Source: Marsupella aquatica (Eukaryota > Plantae > Marchantiophyta). From it: 64,000 nt of DNA. Where the stretch lies: contig OZ316891.1 of NCBI GenBank assembly GCA_973895155.1, positions 18,625,048-18,689,047 on the forward strand, written 5' to 3'. Each line of letters opens with the position of its first letter. Positions within the stretch are counted from its first letter, which is position 1. The notes beneath the pieces are model-generated. The model did no database searches and had not been told where the DNA came from. It worked only from the letters and a program-made list of their open reading frames with translations. Below are positions 1 to 12,420 of this stretch, one piece after another. The position numbers and the translations under genes are program-made.

Positions 1-1324
1 ACTATATGGTTGGCACCCATGTCATCACTTCATTTGCACACGTGTCCATATAGTAAATCAGACATTTACTTATTTGTTGTCTTAAGGCAGATTTGGTTTC
101 GTGGGCCCCCTCATGGTGGGACAAATGGGTTTGGGTAGACATGTTTACCCGCTTGTTTAGGAGTTCAGTCAGGAGTTGAGTAAATTTTGGGCCAGGATCT
201 TTGGGTCCAACTTGGTTGGGGTTCTGGGATTGATGGGGATCCATGGATCAATCCCACATGGACAAACAAGATTATTTTTGAATTCCCTTGAATCAAACAA
301 CCAGGTATGAGGCCAGATGTGTTTGTGTGTGGGGGTGGAGGGGGGTTATTGGGTGTTCAAACAATGTTTGTTCTAGTTGGTTTAGACTTTGGAGTATTAT
401 TCCTGGATTATACATATAGTACTAATGAAACTAGAAGTTCATAGGCACTTTTGCAAACATTGAGAGGAGAATGCATGCATCTTTGTATACTATGGGAAGA
501 ACTATAATTTTCCGGTACTAATTTTGTTCATAGATCTATATGAAATATATGTACCCTGAACATCCGGTGTAACATACAAGTCCCCTAAGCAAAATGAAGT
601 CTTATCTATTTACAGTATGATAGTTGTAATTTTAAAAATTAAGGGTGTTTTCAATTCCTTGAAAAACTCTATTATAATTTACAAAAGGATAAAATTTAAT
701 AGGAAAAGTTAATATTTTTATATTAACAAGGGAATTTTTTTGTGAACAAAAATAGTAAGAAGGGGTACACGGGGGTGCCTATTCTCATGGGGTTCACTTA
801 ATATAGTAAGAGTGAGGGCCTAGGGCTTGCAATGCAATGAGAGTATTCCTACTAGTACACGGTATGCTCCTATGTTCCAAGTGCAATGGTGGAGGCCTAA
901 ACATGGTAAACATGATGCACCGGATCATGTGCAATATTCACGTTGCTTTCAGACCACTAAGACTTGGGAGGTGGATCCTGGGTTTGACAGTGCCATTGAA
1001 CGTTGGTAATTTGCTAATTCTGCTATTAATGTATGGATTCAAGTCACGCTCTAGAGAAGAAAATGTAATTGAGTTTGGTAAAGAGAAAGAGTTGGAGACT
1101 CTTTCTCTAGAGAACCCGATAAATTTATCGGAATTACAATTCCAGTTCGAGTAACATCTATGTAAGATTGACTTGTCATTTGGTGGCAATGTCCTGACCC
1201 GAGCGGATTGCGATAAATTTATCGCATTTTGCATTCCTCAGTTGCATTCCTTTGAAGAATTGAATATGTTTGAAGAACATCAAATAGAATTATAGGAGTG
1301 AGCAATCATTCCATATACTATATT

Positions 1325-1625
1325 CAAGGTCCGATAAATTTATCAGAGTCTTCATTCCTTTGACGGATTAAGGATTATTTGAGTCGACTCCGATAAATTT
1401 ATCGGAGTCTTCATTCCTTTGACGGATTAAGGATTATTTGAGACTTCAATAAATTTATCGGAGTTGACATTCCTTTGACGGATTGAGGATTAGTTGAGAC
1501 TCCGATAAATTTATCAGAGTCTTCATTCCTTTGACGGATTAAGGATTATTTGAGACTCCGATAAATTTATCAGAGTCTCCATTCATCTAATGGATTAAGG
1601 ATTATTTGAGACTCCGATAAATTGC
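1325..1625. repeat. Tandem array, 56-bp unit, about 5 copies, built on the palindrome CCGATAAATTTATCGG
   Basis: CCGATAAA-type motif recurs at 1331, 1390, 1446, 1502, 1558 and 1614; isolated copies near 1116, 1211 and 1965. Confidence 0.9.
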
Positions 1626-1691
1626 AAAGATTGACCTAGAAGACATGACTTCTACATGAGTCAGGCTAAACTAGAAGTGTGTCTCCGATAG

Positions 1692-2340
1692 ATTCCAAAG
1701 ATTGATATTGTTTTATCATTATAGAAAGTTACAAAACTAAGAATTGTTGGTATGTTGTTTGTGGGTGTACATAGATAGTCATGTTTGAACTCATTTTGAA
1801 GCCCTCAATGAGCCCAGTCTAATAGCGATGTTATGTTGTCCATATTATCTTTCAATACAAGATAATAATAGGGACAATATTTTTTACTCAAAACCTCATG
1901 CTAATGGATCTAACCTCGAGCGACCAACCAGGAGTACCCAAAATATAAGGAAGAATGAAAGTTACGATAAATTTATCGTTGTTTGTATTCCAAAGATTGA
2001 TATTGTTTTATCATTATAGAAAATTACAAAACTAAAAATGGTTGACATGTTATTTGTGGATTTACATAGATAGTCATGTTTGGACTCATTTTGAAGCCCT
2101 CAATGAGCCCAATCTAACAGCGGTGTTATGTTGTCTATATTATCTTTCAATACAAGATAATAATAGGGATAATAGTTTTTACTCAAAACCTCGTGCTAAT
2201 GGATCTAACCTCGAGAGACCAACCAGGAGTACCCAAAATATAAGGAGGAATGAAAGTTGCGATAAATTTATTGTTGTTTGTATTCCAAAGATTGATATTG
2301 TTTTATCATTATAGAAAGTTACAAAACTAAGAATGGTTGA
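1692..2340. repeat. Tandem duplication, about 295-bp unit, about 2.2 copies
   Basis: ATTCCAAAGATTGATATTGTTTTATCATTATAGAAA at about 1692, 1988 and 2282; ORFs 1828 and 2042 translate near-identically. Confidence 0.9.
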
Positions 2341-3487
2341 CTTTTCTGTTGACTCTGCTAGCTTCCTCGTGATCCAAGTAATTGAAAGGCGGGCAGGGGC
2401 AGCGACAGCATTTAGAGAAAGAGTCTGGCCTGAAAAAGTGTCAGGGACCTTAGCCAAAACGTTAAAACGCGGGGTGGGTTTCTGGTAGGTAGTGGGAGAG
2501 AACCAAGGCACATTTAATGACATTACAGGGATTTCTCTCTCTGAATCATTTTTCTCCATTAATACCTGAAATTTGCTAAGAGAAAACCAAGGAAGTTCAT
2601 TTTGCAATGCCCTGAAAAAAATGGACAGCACCTGTAAGCCGTGGTTAATGAAGTTCCTCCTTTTTGCTCCTTTCATATCTCACACTGACAATAAAGGTGT
2701 AGCTTTGCAAAGTACTAGTCGCAATGGAGTATCTCCACTGGTTATTGGGGTCTACTATAATGCTATGTTGACCAAACCCAGTAAGCCCGGGTTGAGCTTA
2801 CTGGCAAGTTTATGTGTTGCCTGACACTGAAACTCATCACATTACAGCTCAGAAAGGGGTCAAATGATGCATATTCCTCTTTATTCCCCAACTGGTCCTG
2901 ACTTCTCCCGGACCCCTTCCCGGCCTGGTCTTGCGCTCCCCCGGACTCTCCGGTTTAGAAAGCCGGTCCCCCGGTTTGGGTTTGGGTCCAGGGTAATGTA
3001 TACAGTAAGCGTACACAGTTGGAGACTCTCATATGCAGCACTGCCAGATACCATCAGATACTATTGCTACAGCACTCAGGTTCGATTAGAGTACGAGCCC
3101 TTGCATATGAAAGACTCCATTGCATAACAGATTCAGGGAGAGTAATATCCTGAAACCTTGCAACTAGATTGGAACGAAATTAGCTGACGTGAAACGAAAA
3201 TCTGTCGTGCGGATGGGTAATTGTAACGTGTGAGCAAACAGTAAAATTTTTCCTCGCACCAGCAGAAAAAATTCTTGCATGACCCCTATTTTTCTACATG
3301 CAATTACCTCCCTATCAACTACCTTGCTGTTATCAACTACCTGGCTGGTAACATCTCTTTTGGGGACTCCCTTTTTGCTAGCGAGCTAGCCATTTGCAGC
3401 CTTTAAAAAAACACAAAAAATGTAAAAGTCACCAAAAAGCAAAAAATTGGAACCATTATTGTCTAGCTATCAAAATCTACTGTTTGC

Positions 3488-3562
3488 TCGCAACATAGAA
3501 TACCTCCGTGCGGATGAGAATACCTCCGTGCGGACGCAACATAGAATACCTCCGTGCGGATG
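3488..3562. repeat. Short triplicated motif AGAATACCTCCGTGCGGA upstream of the SABATH gene
   Basis: Three direct copies visible about 400 bp before the ATG. Confidence 0.85.
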
Positions 3563-3927
3563 TGAGTCAACAATTGATGTGCAGAATTATTGTTTGATGA
3601 AGAGCTTGTTTCACTGCAGCGTAGCCGAGCGTACTCATTGACCAGTCGGTCTTCAGTTGCCTTGTTCGATCATCCCTATGGGAATCTTTCTTCGGGAAAG
3701 GTTGGTTATGCAAGTATGTGTAATCGGTATAAAGCGAAAGGGGAATCCAGATGCAATTCTCTTATGCTGCTTGAGTACTGATTATGTTGCACCGGTAAGT
3801 TGGAAGTCTCGAAAGTTGATTATGAAACCATCGCTTTTTTCAACCTTACACGTGAGTTCTGCTCTCTTGGTTTGCACATTTGTGTGCACCAAAGAGTCTC
3901 GTCAAATAGAACAAACACAGGGCGTGC

Positions 3928-5858
3928 ATGAATATCACGACGATGGCTGCGGAAAGAACTCAGGATGGAGTGATTACGGAGGCAAGTCATCAGGGTAGGA
4001 CTGGTGGTCCTGGTGATGGCTTGTACTTGGTGGACCAGACAGGAGAACCTCGTCAGAACGTTTTCGCCATGGTTAGCGGAGATGGGAAAGAGAGCTACAG
4101 TCGGAATTCGAAATTGCAAGGCTCATTCGTCGAGCAAGTGTCGCAGTTAGTTCTCGGTGAAGCGCTCGAACGAGTGACTCTTCCCTCTAAGGAAAGCCCA
4201 ATGATCTTGGCAGATCTCGGCAGCTCTTCGGGTCCTAACGCCGTCAACATTGTATCTTTCATGGTTGAGAAACTGAGACACAGGTTGCCCCAAGATACTG
4301 AATTCCAAGCATATTTTAATGATCTGACCAGTAATGACTTCAATACTCTGTTCCAGCACTTAGGCAATGATCCTAGAGCGCAGAATTTCTTCGCATCTGG
4401 AGTGCCAGGTTCCTATTTTGGCCGTCTTTTTCCTCGGTCATCTGTCCATGTCTTCCATTCGTCCAGCGGTCTTCATTGGCTCTCTGAGGTTTGTCATCCT
4501 CATCAGGCTATTCGCTTGTGTTCGTTTACATCCGAATCCCTATTGAGCAAAGGATTTTCTGGTTGACTGTTTATGCACACTGTTGAATGGACTCCGCTTT
4601 GGACTGATGTAGATGCCGATACACTCTTCATCGTTAGTGATGAAATTGGTTTAGGAAAACAGAGACAGAGTGAATCTCTTGCTCTAGGTGAAACGACAAA
4701 CAGCAGCGATAGTGATTACTCCCGTCAAGCTTGTCCTTGAAAGCATTAGACATACTCATGGATCGTAAGGCAGCTCTGCAACCACTCAAAACGATGTCGA
4801 TTGCTTATCCTGATTGGAAGTTTGACTATAAAGCTTAATGGAATTATGATTTGCAGAACTCTGCAGATGGACGAGGAAGCAGACGGATAAGGCAGTTTCC
4901 TACATCGCGCTCTATACCAGAAACTTTTAAACCACAAGCCTCCTTGGACCTGAGGAACTTTCTCCTAGTTAGATCAACAGAGCTGGTTTCAGGAGGATTG
5001 TTGTTTATGGTGTTTATGGGGAAATCAGCCCCGGAGCCAAATTCTACCATGGATGATCTTGTGGATGCATTTTCGGCGGATCTCGATGAAGTCTGGAGTG
5101 AGCTAAGCGCGGAGGTACGCAGTTGCAAGGACCCACTCATGCATTTTCTCTAAGTCTGTGATTCTCGTAAGGATTCTTATGAACTTGAAAAGTCTTCGGT
5201 AGTTGAGCTTGCACGTCATGATAGAGCAATGATTTTCTACCGCTTAGTCTTCTCACTCGTTCATGGGGACCTCACAGTACCAGCCAAGGTCCTTCATAAT
5301 AAGTATGACCCAGATCTTTCGGAATTCATGCATGCGATCAAGGTTATTCGGGGGTCACTCGTACTTTGCACTTTAGATTCAAGTTCGTGGGATTTCATTG
5401 CTAATCTTTTAAATTGTTTTCTTCCTTTCGTTTTCAATAGTGATACTCTGAGGCTACCTTGGCCGCTAAATCAATCACATACCTCTTTACAGGGCCTCCT
5501 ATCTGAGCAAAAGCGTGATGCATTCAGCATTCCAATCTATTCCCGTACAATTGAAGATGTAGACGAAGCACTAGCATCTTGTGCTTCTTTGTTTACTGTG
5601 TTGACAGCTAAATTGCACAGATATGAAATCAGTGCCGCTGAATTCTTTGCAACCTCAAATGCTAGTGAAATATATAAAAGGGTGATGGGCATTTTCAAAT
5701 CTGTGACGGATAATGTTTTCCAAGCTTATTTTGGCAATGAGCTTGTGGAGGTGATGTGGGAACGGTATGAGGAACTTATCAAGAAGAAGGTGACGAGGAA
5801 CCCTCAATATCTCCGGTTAGACTCTTCAGTGTGGATTGTGAGCTTGATCTCTAAGTAG
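3928..5858 (+). CDS. SABATH-family SAM-dependent carboxyl methyltransferase (Methyltransf_7); predicted exons 3928-4488, 4857-5114, 5493-5858 (about 394 aa)
   Basis: Motifs MVSGDGKESYSRNSKLQ, ADLGSSSGPN, FNDLTSNDFNTLF, GVPGSYFGRLFP, LHWLS, FLLVRSTELVSGG and GLLSEQKRDAFSIPIY. Phase-0 GT-AG junctions at 4489/4856 and 5115/5492. The exon 2 start is the least certain boundary. Confidence 0.9.
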
Positions 5859-5899
5859 TGTAAATCTTTCTGCGGGTAAATGATGGACATTGCTGTCGA

Positions 5900-8114
5900 A
5901 GACCCCTTCTTATGATATGTATTGCATTGCAACACACTTTGAGCGGGGATTGTCGCTGCATGGTAACAGTTTCAGAGGTGGTTATTACAACGTGAAGTTA
6001 TCACTTGTCAGGTGACATGAGTTTCTAAGAAACTTGTGAGAAGAGAAAGTCTCCAAGTTTTGCAAAATCACGACCATTCTAAACAAGGAGTAAGCTCTCA
6101 TCAGGACAATCCATAAGCCGACCCGTACCTTTGTGAAAGGCACTTATGTTGAGCGTGTTCTTGGCCAAAAAGTCAATTGGGCCGCATATGCATCGTCGAA
6201 GCTAAAGGGGCAGATAATCCAGTGGGAGAGAGAGGGAAAGGGTAGGCCAGACGGGCCTCCTTGTGTTAGGAAGCCCCGTCTTTACAAGAGTCCTGTGTCA
6301 ATAGAGACTGCCCCGCAGTCTAAGAGCGAACCAAAATCAGCAGATGCCTCCAAGGAGTTTGAATTGTCTCTTTGGGATAATGTAGCCAATGATAAGACTC
6401 CGGGGGTTGGATTGGTCAATGAGGAACTTACCACCCTATGTAAGGCTATTGTCTGTGATGTCCCAAAGGTGCCCTTTTATCAAACTGAGCCTACCGGACT
6501 TCTACTATCCATGCTTGACTCAGTAATTTTGTCTACAAAGTGCCAAAAATGTGAGGCTCTGCTAGACGCTGCCAAGGTTGAAGCCAGTTTGAAGGCCCTA
6601 GATGCAGCTGAACGGGATCACCCAACAACCGTGGAAAAGCTTAATGAGCAGTTGAGATCTATGGAACAAGAACAAGATCAATTGCGGGAGATGGTAGACT
6701 CTACAGACAAGGAAGTCGATGACATCATTTTAGACCTCGAGCTAGAGGCCAACAAGGAAGATGAGGGCTCTAGGAATGAGGTATATTCACCCTACCTTGC
6801 AGGGGAATCATTCGTAGTCTTTCATTCCTTGATTATTTTGCATCATCAGAAAGAATTATGGAGTGTATTAGTCTAGCATTGTTGTACTCTTACAAATTTG
6901 AATTGTTTCCGATGGTTACAGGGCATTGAGTTCAGTACTCTCTTGGAAACCCGACTTAAAAACTCAAGAGCCAAAATTGCTGAGTTGAAGGGCCGCCAAG
7001 AGACCATATCGGGAGGGATATGGTGAAGGTGACCGAGATCATTGCAGCCGAGCAGAAGCGGTTTGAAGCATCATCAGGGATGGTGTCCCGATTGAAAAAA
7101 GTGGCTGTAGCTGTGGATGCAGACTTGAAGGAGCTTAACTTGGCGGAGGAAGCACAAAAGTCTAAATATGCAACTCTGGAGAGGGTATTGCATAATCCCT
7201 GTCCAACCTTGAGGCTGACCTTTGTTGCGACACTTACTTCTCCAGTGTCAACCCAAGTTCTGTTATCAAGTTGTCCCGTTTGTTGCAATGGTTATCATTG
7301 CTGCAATTGGATCCCAGCATCCTGTGGGCACACATATCATCCGAGTTGTCTTTTTTCTTTGATTGGTGATTCAAAGGATACTCCTAAGTGTGAAGCTTGT
7401 GGGCTACCATTTTCTGATGATTGGTTACGAACGTGGGGCTTACCCACACACGGAGAACAGAGGCGAGTAAGTTACATAGATCACATGAAAAGAGTGTACT
7501 ATGGGGCGCCAAGTATTGATCTTTTCAGTAGGAGACAACTCGTACAACAAATCCAAACTGTGCATGAACAGGTACGGAAAATGAGACAAGTGATGCATGC
7601 ATTATCAATTCCTTTGTTGTTGTCTGCACTTAATTGGATAGTCCAAGTGGTTGTTCCAATTTTAAAGTCTCCAATAGTGTATTGACCCTCAATACTATTA
7701 CATGTGTGCATTCAGGCAAACCTCCAAGCTGAAGGTGAAACGTTGCTACTTGCTTTGGAGGCGGCTCCCATGTCACAAAAGCTGGGAAACAAGTCTGGGA
7801 AAGATGATAACCAAGATGGCGAGTCTACAGGGAGGATTTTGACACCCAAAACTGAGGGTCGGGAATTGGGGAAAAGAACGAGGGCTTTGGAATCATCTAG
7901 GAAGGTGCTAAGTAGACCTTTGACGACTCCAGAGCTACTCACAATGCGGTTTAGCCCAGAGTCCATGTCTCAGGTTTCCTCCAGGCAAATGTTAGACCTA
8001 CTTGGAGTTGGCCATGGACATCCAGTTGTACCACAAATACTCGATTTCAAAGGCCCTCCTAAATCCTCTGCACCGCCAGCCAGTTCCAGAAAGAGATTGT
8101 GGCTTCCTTCTTGA
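5900..8114 (+). pseudogene. Degenerate multi-exon gene with coiled-coil and RING-H2-like zinc finger, probably TE-borne
   Basis: ORFs 6133-6876, 7020-7685 and 7704-8114. RING-like CPVC-x9-SCGHTYHPSC-x12-CEAC. Likely introns 6781-6921 and 7571-7716. In-frame stops upstream of 6133 and a frameshift near 7010. Confidence 0.6.
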
Positions 8115-8579
8115 ACATGGACTAAGAAGCTGGCAATGGTCCACTCTGATTGATTGTGATCAAATAATTTGATACATCCATGATGCATTTGTTGCATGGC
8201 CGAATTTGTTGTCAGTGTAATTTGTAAACTTTGTTACTGAATCAGATTTTTGCATGTGTTGTTTCTTGGTGCAGGCAAGTAGAGGCCGGCGCAATACCCT
8301 TTTCTGATCAGATGGAGGATCAAGTTGGAAAGGTAAATCTGATTTCCATTTCTTTTAGATCAATCGGTACTTCTTGCTGGATGAACATTAGTCATGCTAT
8401 AGATAAATTAGTTCGAGTCCTTGCTGTGAAGGATGGTTGATAGCGGAAGTTCTTGGCCAAGGACTGACAATTCTTGGATTGGAACTTGCAGTCATTTCAC
8501 CCAGTCTTTCACCAAGTGAGTCGATACTGTCCTTGTCGAAGCTAGCACTCATTGCAATCACTCCCACTAGTGCACACTA

Positions 8580-9040
8580 GTCTCCAAGGACTACGGAAAT
8601 ATCCTCTCCAAGGACTAGTTCTCCTTCCCAAGGACATGCGGTCCTTTGACAAGGACATGCAGTCCTTTTCCAAGGACTCTCGGTCCTTATCTAAGGACAA
8701 AGGTCCTCTTGCAAGGACTCCACTCGGACATCATCATTCCTTTAGGAAGGACTTTTGGTCCTTCTCCAAGGACTTGGGTCCTTTCAAGGACTTTTGGGTC
8801 CTTCTCCAAGGACTTAAGGTCCTTGAGTCGAAGGACTTGGGTCCTTTCAAGGACTTTTGGGTCCTTCTCCAAGGACTTAAGGTCCTTGAGTCGAAGGACA
8901 TGGGTCCTTTCAAGGACTTTTGGGTCCTTCTCCAAGGACTTCCCTCCTTCAAGTCCTTGTCCAACTACTTCCTGTCCTTCTTCAAGGACTTGCGCTCAAG
9001 GACCAGGACTCATCTCCTCAAGCCTGGTCCTTCACCAAGG
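8580..9040. repeat. AAGGAC/GTCCTT-rich array with a 63-bp core unit (about 3 copies, 8750-8940)
   Basis: Repeated translation LGPFKDFWVLLQGLKVLESKD (21 codons); dense alternating AAGGAC and GTCCTT. Confidence 0.85.
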
Positions 9041-9185
9041 AGGCAGCAACTGTTCATTAATTTCTTTGCTTGCATGCCTTCTGCTCTTTGTTGTTCTGTA
9101 GGGATAAATAGCTAGCTGCAGTAACTATGGGTCTGTTTGACCTCACTACATATTCTAAGATCCTTTTGTTTGATACAGTTGCAGA

Positions 9186-9769
9186 TGGACAAGCAAGGCT
9201 CATTTTGCACTCTCAACAAGGCAAAGATTGAGAAAATGTGGGGCCTCTGTGCGGGATCTTATGTTTATGAAGGTTGTGGTCTGTTGCTGAAAGATGGCCG
9301 ACCTTGTGCATTGGGGAAGCACAAACGCAAACTCAGGAGGCATAATCTTGAGTCTCCACTGGGTCCTCACTCTAGGGGCCGAGAGGAGCATGCTTGTTGT
9401 GAAGACGGGAGTGGTACATACATGTACTGTTTTGCTATCCAAGTGGGTGATCTTGTCATCCAAGTAAATGAAGCTCATGGGTCAAAGTTGATGGGGGTTT
9501 CAGGGAAAACCTTCAAGGATTCATACAGTAGCGATGAGCAGAAGAAAAAAGAAATTTTTGAACAGGCGATGACTTTGCTGTGGACTATCACCTATGTCAA
9601 GGATGAGTCTTGTGGGGATGTGGTTCGGGCTGTAGGATTTGAACAGCATCCATCTGAATCAGATGGAGTGACAGAGGAGTCAAAGCCCAGGCCGAAGTGG
9701 ATGAAACTGTATGAGGATTTTTCAGCTGACATAGTGGACACTTTAAAGTCATTTCGCATCTCTAACTAG
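9186..9769 (+). CDS. Divergent RPA70 C-terminal OB-fold (Rep_fac-A_C)-like protein
   Basis: Open frame after TTGCAG|ATG. Ordered motifs YVYEGCGLLLKDGRPC, YMYCFAIQVGD, GSKLMGVSGK and VKDESCGD parallel plant RPA1 DBD-C as recalled (FCYTACPLMIGDKQC, YRYLLQVQIQD, GEEIMGCPAK, IKEESYGD). Confidence 0.6.
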
Positions 9770-11439
9770 GAGTTAGCATTCAACAATTGAAGCAGGGAGG
9801 CAGAAAGCCTGTTCAAAGCTAAATCTGTATAGAAAGCTAATTCAGAGGGACGGGACGGTGCTATTTTGTAGTTTTGGGAAACTACATGCGCGCTTGTAGT
9901 ACTTGAGTTTGATATCAATGTTTACTTTGTACATGATCTATGAAGATCTTTTGCTTTTGAATAAAGCTGGCAGTTTTGTGACATATGCGTTTTTGTCCTT
10001 TCACGTAGGTCCTTGTGAGGGAAGTCTAAAGGATGTTTATCGATTGTTATTTTCTGTGTTGGTAGTTTGTTTGGTAGCGAAACTTTGCAAAAGCAGACCA
10101 TGGAATTTGAAGGACTCGGCAGAGTTCTCAACATAGCATATATGACTTAGTGGACAGTTGGAAGACTCCATTGGATTGGGAGGCTGGGAGGGGGTCAAAA
10201 ATATATTGGCAACTCTGAACTGATTCTTGATTGCAGCGGCAGACTGTGCCTCTTCTCATGTGGAGCCAAAAGTGTGCTTTCCAGACTTTGAATCATGAAC
10301 TCATGTAGTAATTGCCACGGATGATTTGATCCAGATAGTCAAGTCACTGGAACTTGATCGATAACTAAGTTTGAGTCACTGGAACTTGATCTGGTGGAAA
10401 ATCTTAAGTAAGGCCGCAACTTCAAACACTTTGTTGTCTAGAATATATCAAGTTATGTCCGGGGTTATGTCTAGTATGAATATGAAATGGTTGTGCAAAC
10501 CGATGGTGCTGCCGTCCTTAGTTATTGTTGATCGGAAATGAGAAAATGATAATAAATACTTTACAGGCGTTTAGAGATTGAAGTTTGCTTTGTGGAGTTC
10601 AAGGCCACATGGGGAAATAAAGTTTGCTTGTAGATACAGGGCTATGCTACAGGCTCGGCGGATAAGAATGGTGTTCTGTCTAATTCAGAGGGTTAAGACA
10701 AATTCTGATTGGAATGTAGTTGTCATTTTTTTTGACAGAATTGGTACACAACATAGTCCAGAATTGTGTGCGAGATTGAGTTTCAATCCAAAATAGCAAT
10801 CAGTCACTGCTTTATAGCTCTTTACTTCCTGACACATATGTATATACAACAGCCACGGTGGGCTTCACCCTCAGAGTTTTTAGCTGCCTCTCCAACTTGC
10901 ACCTTGCATAACCTTCCGTGCTGACAGAGCCTGCTCTTGGGTAAAACCCATGAACTATGAAATGATTCTAAACTAACTTAACACTAATTCAATCGCAATC
11001 CTGGGCAAGGAATGCAATGAATACTCTCATGTACATGTCATGAGAGAAACTCATAATAGCCTTCTATCTGTTGTAGAATGTCCCATGGTTGAATTGCCGA
11101 CACCCTTGGAAACTGTACCCTACAGGGAAAATCCAAAATTAGGTAAGATCCTCTGCAAGTAACATCCAAAATTATTGCAAACTAGAGCACTATTTACTCT
11201 AAACTGCAGGTACTATTAATTTCCACTTATTGTGTGGAAAAACTGATGGAAAAGTTGGGCTAAAAGGTAATAAAGGTAATAAAGGTTGAATACAAACTGA
11301 AGTAGATTCAAAAGCATTGCAGGCACCACTGACAGAATTTCACACAGAAAACTCTCATTAAAACTCTTCCCTTATTACATGAGATGATCATAAGATGACC
11401 ACTTCATAAAAATTATGAAGGGATTCGTAGGGACAATAT

Positions 11440-12420
11440 AGTCCTTGAAGGGAAGGAGTTCAGACAATCAGACAGACCTTGAAGGAGTGAACTCTAGTCC
11501 TATAACTCCTTCAGCCAACAGGTATTAGATACTCCACACAGAAAGGAGTCCAGGACAGAATTTAGTCCTTCACATAGAATAGAGTACGTCAAGTGTAGTA
11601 CTCTTAAAACCTAGCTCTTTCCTTTGCACAAAAAGGATTCAAGTCCTTCTCAAGGTTAGAATCCTTTCAAGGGAAAAGGAGTAAAGTCATTTTAGGACTT
11701 GAGTCCTTCAAACAACAAGGATTTCAGTCCTTCATGCAAAAAGGAGTCTAGTACTTCAGTCCTTCGGACAATGGAGTGGAGTCCTATATTAGTCCTTCCT
11801 ATAAAAGGATTTAAGTCCTTTCATTCAACTGAGTCCTTCATGCACAAGGAGTCCAGTCCTGTAGTCCTTCGGACGAAAAGGATTAAAGTCCATTCCTGGG
11901 ACTGAGTCCTTCATGCACAAGGAGCCCAGTCCTATAGTCCTTTGGACGAAAAGGATTAAAGTCCTTTTGTGGGACTGAGTCCTTCATGCTCAAGGAGTCC
12001 AGTCCTGTAGTCCTTCGGACGAAAAGGATTAAAGTCCTTTGGTGGGACTGAGTCCTTCATGCACAAGGAGTCCAGTCCTGTAGTCCTTCGGACAAAAAGG
12101 ATTAAAGTCCTTTCCTGGGACTGAGTCCTTCATGCAGAAAGGAGTCTAGTACATCAGTCCTTCGGACAACAAGGATTAAAGTCCTTTCCCGGGACTGAGT
12201 CCTTCATGCAAAAAGGAGTCTAGTACATCAGTCCTTCAGACAACAAGGATTAAAGTCCCTTTCAGGGCTTTAGTCCTTCGCACAAAATGGATTAAGTCCT
12301 TTCAGGGCTTGAGTCCTTCACGCAGAAAGGAATTCGGTCTAAAGTCCTTGATGGAAAAAGGAATTCAGTCCTTGTGAGGACGCGTGATTCCTCTGTCAGC
12401 TACATACAAGGACTTGAACA
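11440..12420. repeat. Tandem array, 73-bp unit (about 6 good copies 11831-12270, degenerate flanks), GTCCTT/AAGGA-rich
   Basis: GAGTCCTTCATGC at 11831, 11904, 11977, 12050, 12123 and 12197. Confidence 0.9.

Noticed and set aside
2179-3127. 165-aa minus ORF and neighbouring ORFs; GC-rich CCGG/GGTTTG patch at 2890-3005
   Set aside because: No recognisable motif, splice structure or paired terminus
8552-9115. ORFs of 76-187 aa over the AAGGAC array
   Set aside because: Open frames are by-products of the tandem repeat on both strands
5900-12420. Helitron interpretation prompted by the RPA-like ORF
   Set aside because: No Rep/helicase sequence and no convincing hairpin-CTRR end seen; not excluded but unsupported
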